Below, piece by piece: positions 35,572 through 37,818 of a stretch of DNA of 37,818 nt. The notes beneath the pieces were generated by a model, which searched no databases, was not told where the DNA came from, and saw only the letters and a program-made list of their open reading frames with translations. Positions within the stretch are counted from its first letter, which is position 1; each line of letters begins with the position of its first letter. Source of the DNA: a virus (lineage: Duplodnaviria; Caudoviricetes); the IMG/VR virus record IMGVR_UViG_3300034416_000014, positions 1-37,818 of that record. The stretch is one strand, 5' to 3'. Position numbers and translations under genes: made by a program.

Positions 35572-35838
35572 ATGACCGAACAATTTGCCACACAAGATGA
35601 AGCCAAAGTCCGGCGCAATGAACTACTTGACGCCTCAGCCTACGCGCAACGGCCGAGCTTCGCGGAAAGGTACACAAAGACCAGCGTGGAGGAATTCGCG
35701 CGGTACGATCGGCAGCTCTATGCCGTAGTCGATGCGGTATCGGCGTACCCTGCTGACATCGAGTGGCCGCCCGTTCCGGTGCCGCAGACCATCGCCGACT
35801 TCAACGCGAGCCTGCCGCACGTCGAGGCGCTCCCATGA
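35572..35838 (+). CDS. Tail fibre assembly chaperone-like protein
   Basis: RRNELLDASAYAQ...YPADIEWPPVP; follows the fibre gene; RBS AAGGAG. Confidence 0.65.
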   Translation: MTEQFATQDEAKVRRNELLDASAYAQRPSFAERYTKTSVEEFARYDRQLYAVVDAVSAYPADIEWPPVPVPQTIADFNASLPHVEALP

Positions 35839-35918
35839 TCGCCCAGCTAACGGAAATCGCCCTCGGGTCGCTGATCACGGCGGCGCTCGGGGCGGTGCTG
35901 TACAACCCCAGGAGGTGA
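35835..35918 (+). CDS. 27-aa hydrophobic peptide (absent from ORF track)
   Basis: ATGA-coupled; MIAQLTEIALGSLITAALGAVLYNPRR. Confidence 0.4.
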   Translation: MIAQLTEIALGSLITAALGAVLYNPRR

Positions 35919-35921
35919 ACG

Positions 35922-36242
35922 ATGCAACCCATGACGGTAACGATTAACGGCGGAACGCTTCCCGGCCTCTTAGCTATCGCGGTATCCATCATCGCCATCT
36001 GGTCATTCTTCAACCAGCGCCGCACATTCTTCCGTGAACAGGGGCGGGCGATGGAGCAGATCGAAGCGCTAAAAATCGAAGTAGTCGACCACAAGGCGAA
36101 AATCCTTGCAATCGAGACGAAGAACCATTCCGTCGACCTCACGCTCGTCAAGATCGACGCCGCGCTCGCCTACATCCGCGAGGCGGTGGACGAGTTGAAA
36201 AAAGAGGTAAAGTGCCAGCGGGCAGAGGAAGCGGGAAAATGA
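35922..36242 (+). CDS. Single-TM coiled-coil lysis protein (holin/XhlA-like)
   Basis: TM LPGLLAIAVSIIAIWSFF plus coiled coil; directly before the endolysin gene; RBS AGGAGGT. Confidence 0.55.
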   Translation: MQPMTVTINGGTLPGLLAIAVSIIAIWSFFNQRRTFFREQGRAMEQIEALKIEVVDHKAKILAIETKNHSVDLTLVKIDAALAYIREAVDELKKEVKCQRAEEAGK

Positions 36243-36847
36243 CCCCCCTCCGTGGCGGCATCATCACGACGCCCTTCTCCGAGCCTCGCCCACTCTCCGT
36301 TCCTCCCGCGCAGCGTACCCACGTCCACGGCGCGCTCGACATCGCGGGAGGCGACGGCATCGTTCGGGCGCCTGCTGACGGCACCGCGCAGGGCTTCGCC
36401 ATCTTCCGCGGCGTTGACCCCGACCGTGGCCGCGGCGGCTGGGGCGGCAAGGGGATCGCCGAGAAGTCCGAGATTCTCGCGTTCCCTTGGCGCGAGTATT
36501 GGTACGACACCTTCGGCGCCTTCATTACCCTCGTCGAGCCGTCGGGCCGCCTGCATCTTCTCTGCCATATCTGGCCGTCGAAGATCCTCAACCCGCAACC
36601 CGGCCCCGCTCGCTATCCCTTCCGTTTCGGCTACTATATCGAGGAGGAGGAGGCGACGCGCTGGCCCTGCCACATGATGCTGACCGAGGCGACGCAAGTC
36701 CGCGCCGGCCAACCGCTCGCGCCTGTCGGGTACGCGGGCTATGTAACCGGGCCGACCGGGCGGCACGTTCACTGGGAGATCCACCACCAGGCCGACAGGC
36801 TGGACGACTACTCGGCCAGGGTTCACCCCGAGGAGTATATGAAATGA
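36239..36847 (+). CDS. M23 family peptidase endolysin
   Basis: HxxxD (HGALD), VRAPADG, VRAGQ..VGYAG..TG, HxH (HVHWE), HPEEY. Confidence 0.85.
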   Translation: MTPLRGGIITTPFSEPRPLSVPPAQRTHVHGALDIAGGDGIVRAPADGTAQGFAIFRGVDPDRGRGGWGGKGIAEKSEILAFPWREYWYDTFGAFITLVEPSGRLHLLCHIWPSKILNPQPGPARYPFRFGYYIEEEEATRWPCHMMLTEATQVRAGQPLAPVGYAGYVTGPTGRHVHWEIHHQADRLDDYSARVHPEEYMK

Positions 36848-37077
36848 AACTTCAACCCCTCACGAAAGCGGCGTCGCACTATTCCTCGTATTGGGGGATC
36901 CTCGCCGTTTATTTCGTCACCCTATTTTCCCAGCCCACCATCGCGGCTACCATCGCCGCGCCGGTTGTCGCCGCCCTGCTTCTGCTTTCCGGCGTGTCTC
37001 AGGCGGCCAACGTGCAGGCCACGAAGAACAAGGCCGAGCACTACGTCCCAGAAATGGACAAGGCGGGCAAGGAATGA
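36844..37077 (+). CDS. Putative holin (2 TM)
   Basis: Two hydrophobic helices and a charged C-terminus; ATGA-coupled. Confidence 0.55.
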   Translation: MKLQPLTKAASHYSSYWGILAVYFVTLFSQPTIAATIAAPVVAALLLLSGVSQAANVQATKNKAEHYVPEMDKAGKE

Positions 37078-37397
37078 AGCGCACGACCGCCGCCCTCATT
37101 ATCGCCCTCGTCGTCCTCTCCCTCGCCTGCGCCGTCGGCTGGATTGTCGCCGTACAGCGCGGGCAGACCATACACACCTACGAGACCGCGCAGGCCGCGA
37201 CAGTGGCGGCCGAAAAAGCCAAGGAGGCGAAAGCCCATGAAATTGAGAATACCCCTGCTGATCGCCTTGTCGATTCTTCTCCTCGGGCTGACGAGCTTAA
37301 GCGCGCAAGAGACGCCGCAGCCGACGGACTTGCTGACGCAGTACGGGCTCGAGCCCGGGAAATCCTACAGCGCGGAGACGGTGGCGCAGCTCCTTGA
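37074..37397 (+). CDS. Spanin-like subunit 1 (N-terminal anchor plus helical domain)
   Basis: MKR plus long hydrophobic helix containing Cys19, then Ala/Glu/Lys-rich coiled coil; Rz position. Confidence 0.6.
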   Translation: MKRTTAALIIALVVLSLACAVGWIVAVQRGQTIHTYETAQAATVAAEKAKEAKAHEIENTPADRLVDSSPRADELKRARDAAADGLADAVRARAREILQRGDGGAAP

Positions 37398-37647
37398 CGC
37401 GGCGATAGCGGAGGGGCAAGCGGCGACCATTCGGGCGTTCAACGCCGGGTACAAGGCGGCGGCCGCGGACTTTGCGCCGTCGGGCGCTTACTTTGAATCG
37501 CTCTCGGCGAGCATGGCGGCGGAGGCCAAGGCCAAGGCAACCGGTCCGACCTGGGGAACGGTGGCGCTCGCTGGAGGCGGCGGGCTGGCGGTGGGGTTCG
37601 GGGTCGGGGCGCTCGCGGCGGCGGCGATTATCGCGGCGGCGAGGTAG
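37237..37647 (+). CDS. Spanin-like subunit 2: signal peptide plus C-terminal Gly/Ala TM helix, no Cys
   Basis: RBS AAGGAGG 37221-27; MKLRIPLLIALSILLLGLTSLSA/Q; starts inside the upstream gene in the +1 frame. Confidence 0.6.
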   Translation: MKLRIPLLIALSILLLGLTSLSAQETPQPTDLLTQYGLEPGKSYSAETVAQLLDAAIAEGQAATIRAFNAGYKAAAADFAPSGAYFESLSASMAAEAKAKATGPTWGTVALAGGGGLAVGFGVGALAAAAIIAAAR

Positions 37648-37763
37648 AATATCGCCCGGAGCATGTGGCGAAACATGCGCAAACGCCTTACCGCCAGAGC
37701 CAGCCAAGCCAGATAAACCCTAGAAAATACATCGATATTTTACCACCTAGACACGGTATTACA

Positions 37764-37776
37764 CCCCTAGGGGCTA
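37764..37776 (+). repeat. attR core CCCCTAGGGGCTA
   Basis: Exact copy of 43-55; followed by presumed host sequence. Confidence 0.9.
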
Positions 37777-37818
37777 AAAAAGAAAAGGCCGCTAAATCGT
37801 TTCATGACAACGAATTAG

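Overview
The window is an apparently complete temperate siphovirus-type prophage of about 37.7 kb (43-37776). It is integrated at the 3' end of a tRNA-Glu(CTC) gene and flanked by a 13-bp direct repeat, CCCCTAGGGGCTA. Gene order: tyrosine integrase; a leftward lysogeny operon (membrane zinc-finger protein plus two paralogous RHH-like regulators); a rightward early region (RHH-like Cro analogue, NinG, a structured non-coding block with a tRNA-like fold, a nonsense-interrupted N4/N6 DNA methyltransferase, a second hidden divergent switch, pentapeptide-repeat protein, HNH endonuclease, Sak4/nuclease-DUF1351/SSB/NinB-like recombination module, DUF4373-type initiator); then A118-like head and tail genes, tape measure, two large tail/receptor proteins and a lysis cassette (M23 endolysin, holin candidates, atypical spanin-like pair). 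A diderm, possibly spirochaete, host is an inference only. Main leads: (1) a tail-fibre C-terminus with the codon footprint of a DGR variable region but no TR, RT or Avd in the prophage; (2) a regulatory system built from RHH-like proteins with no recognisable CI, with two divergent switches, leaderless starts and a recurrent CCACAATTGTGG box; (3) two unannotated structured RNA candidates (3853-4140 and the capsid leader 20845-21026); (4) a spanin-like pair with non-canonical anchoring; (5) one C-terminal domain shared by capsid and tail tube. All family calls are motif recognition by eye; no searches were run.
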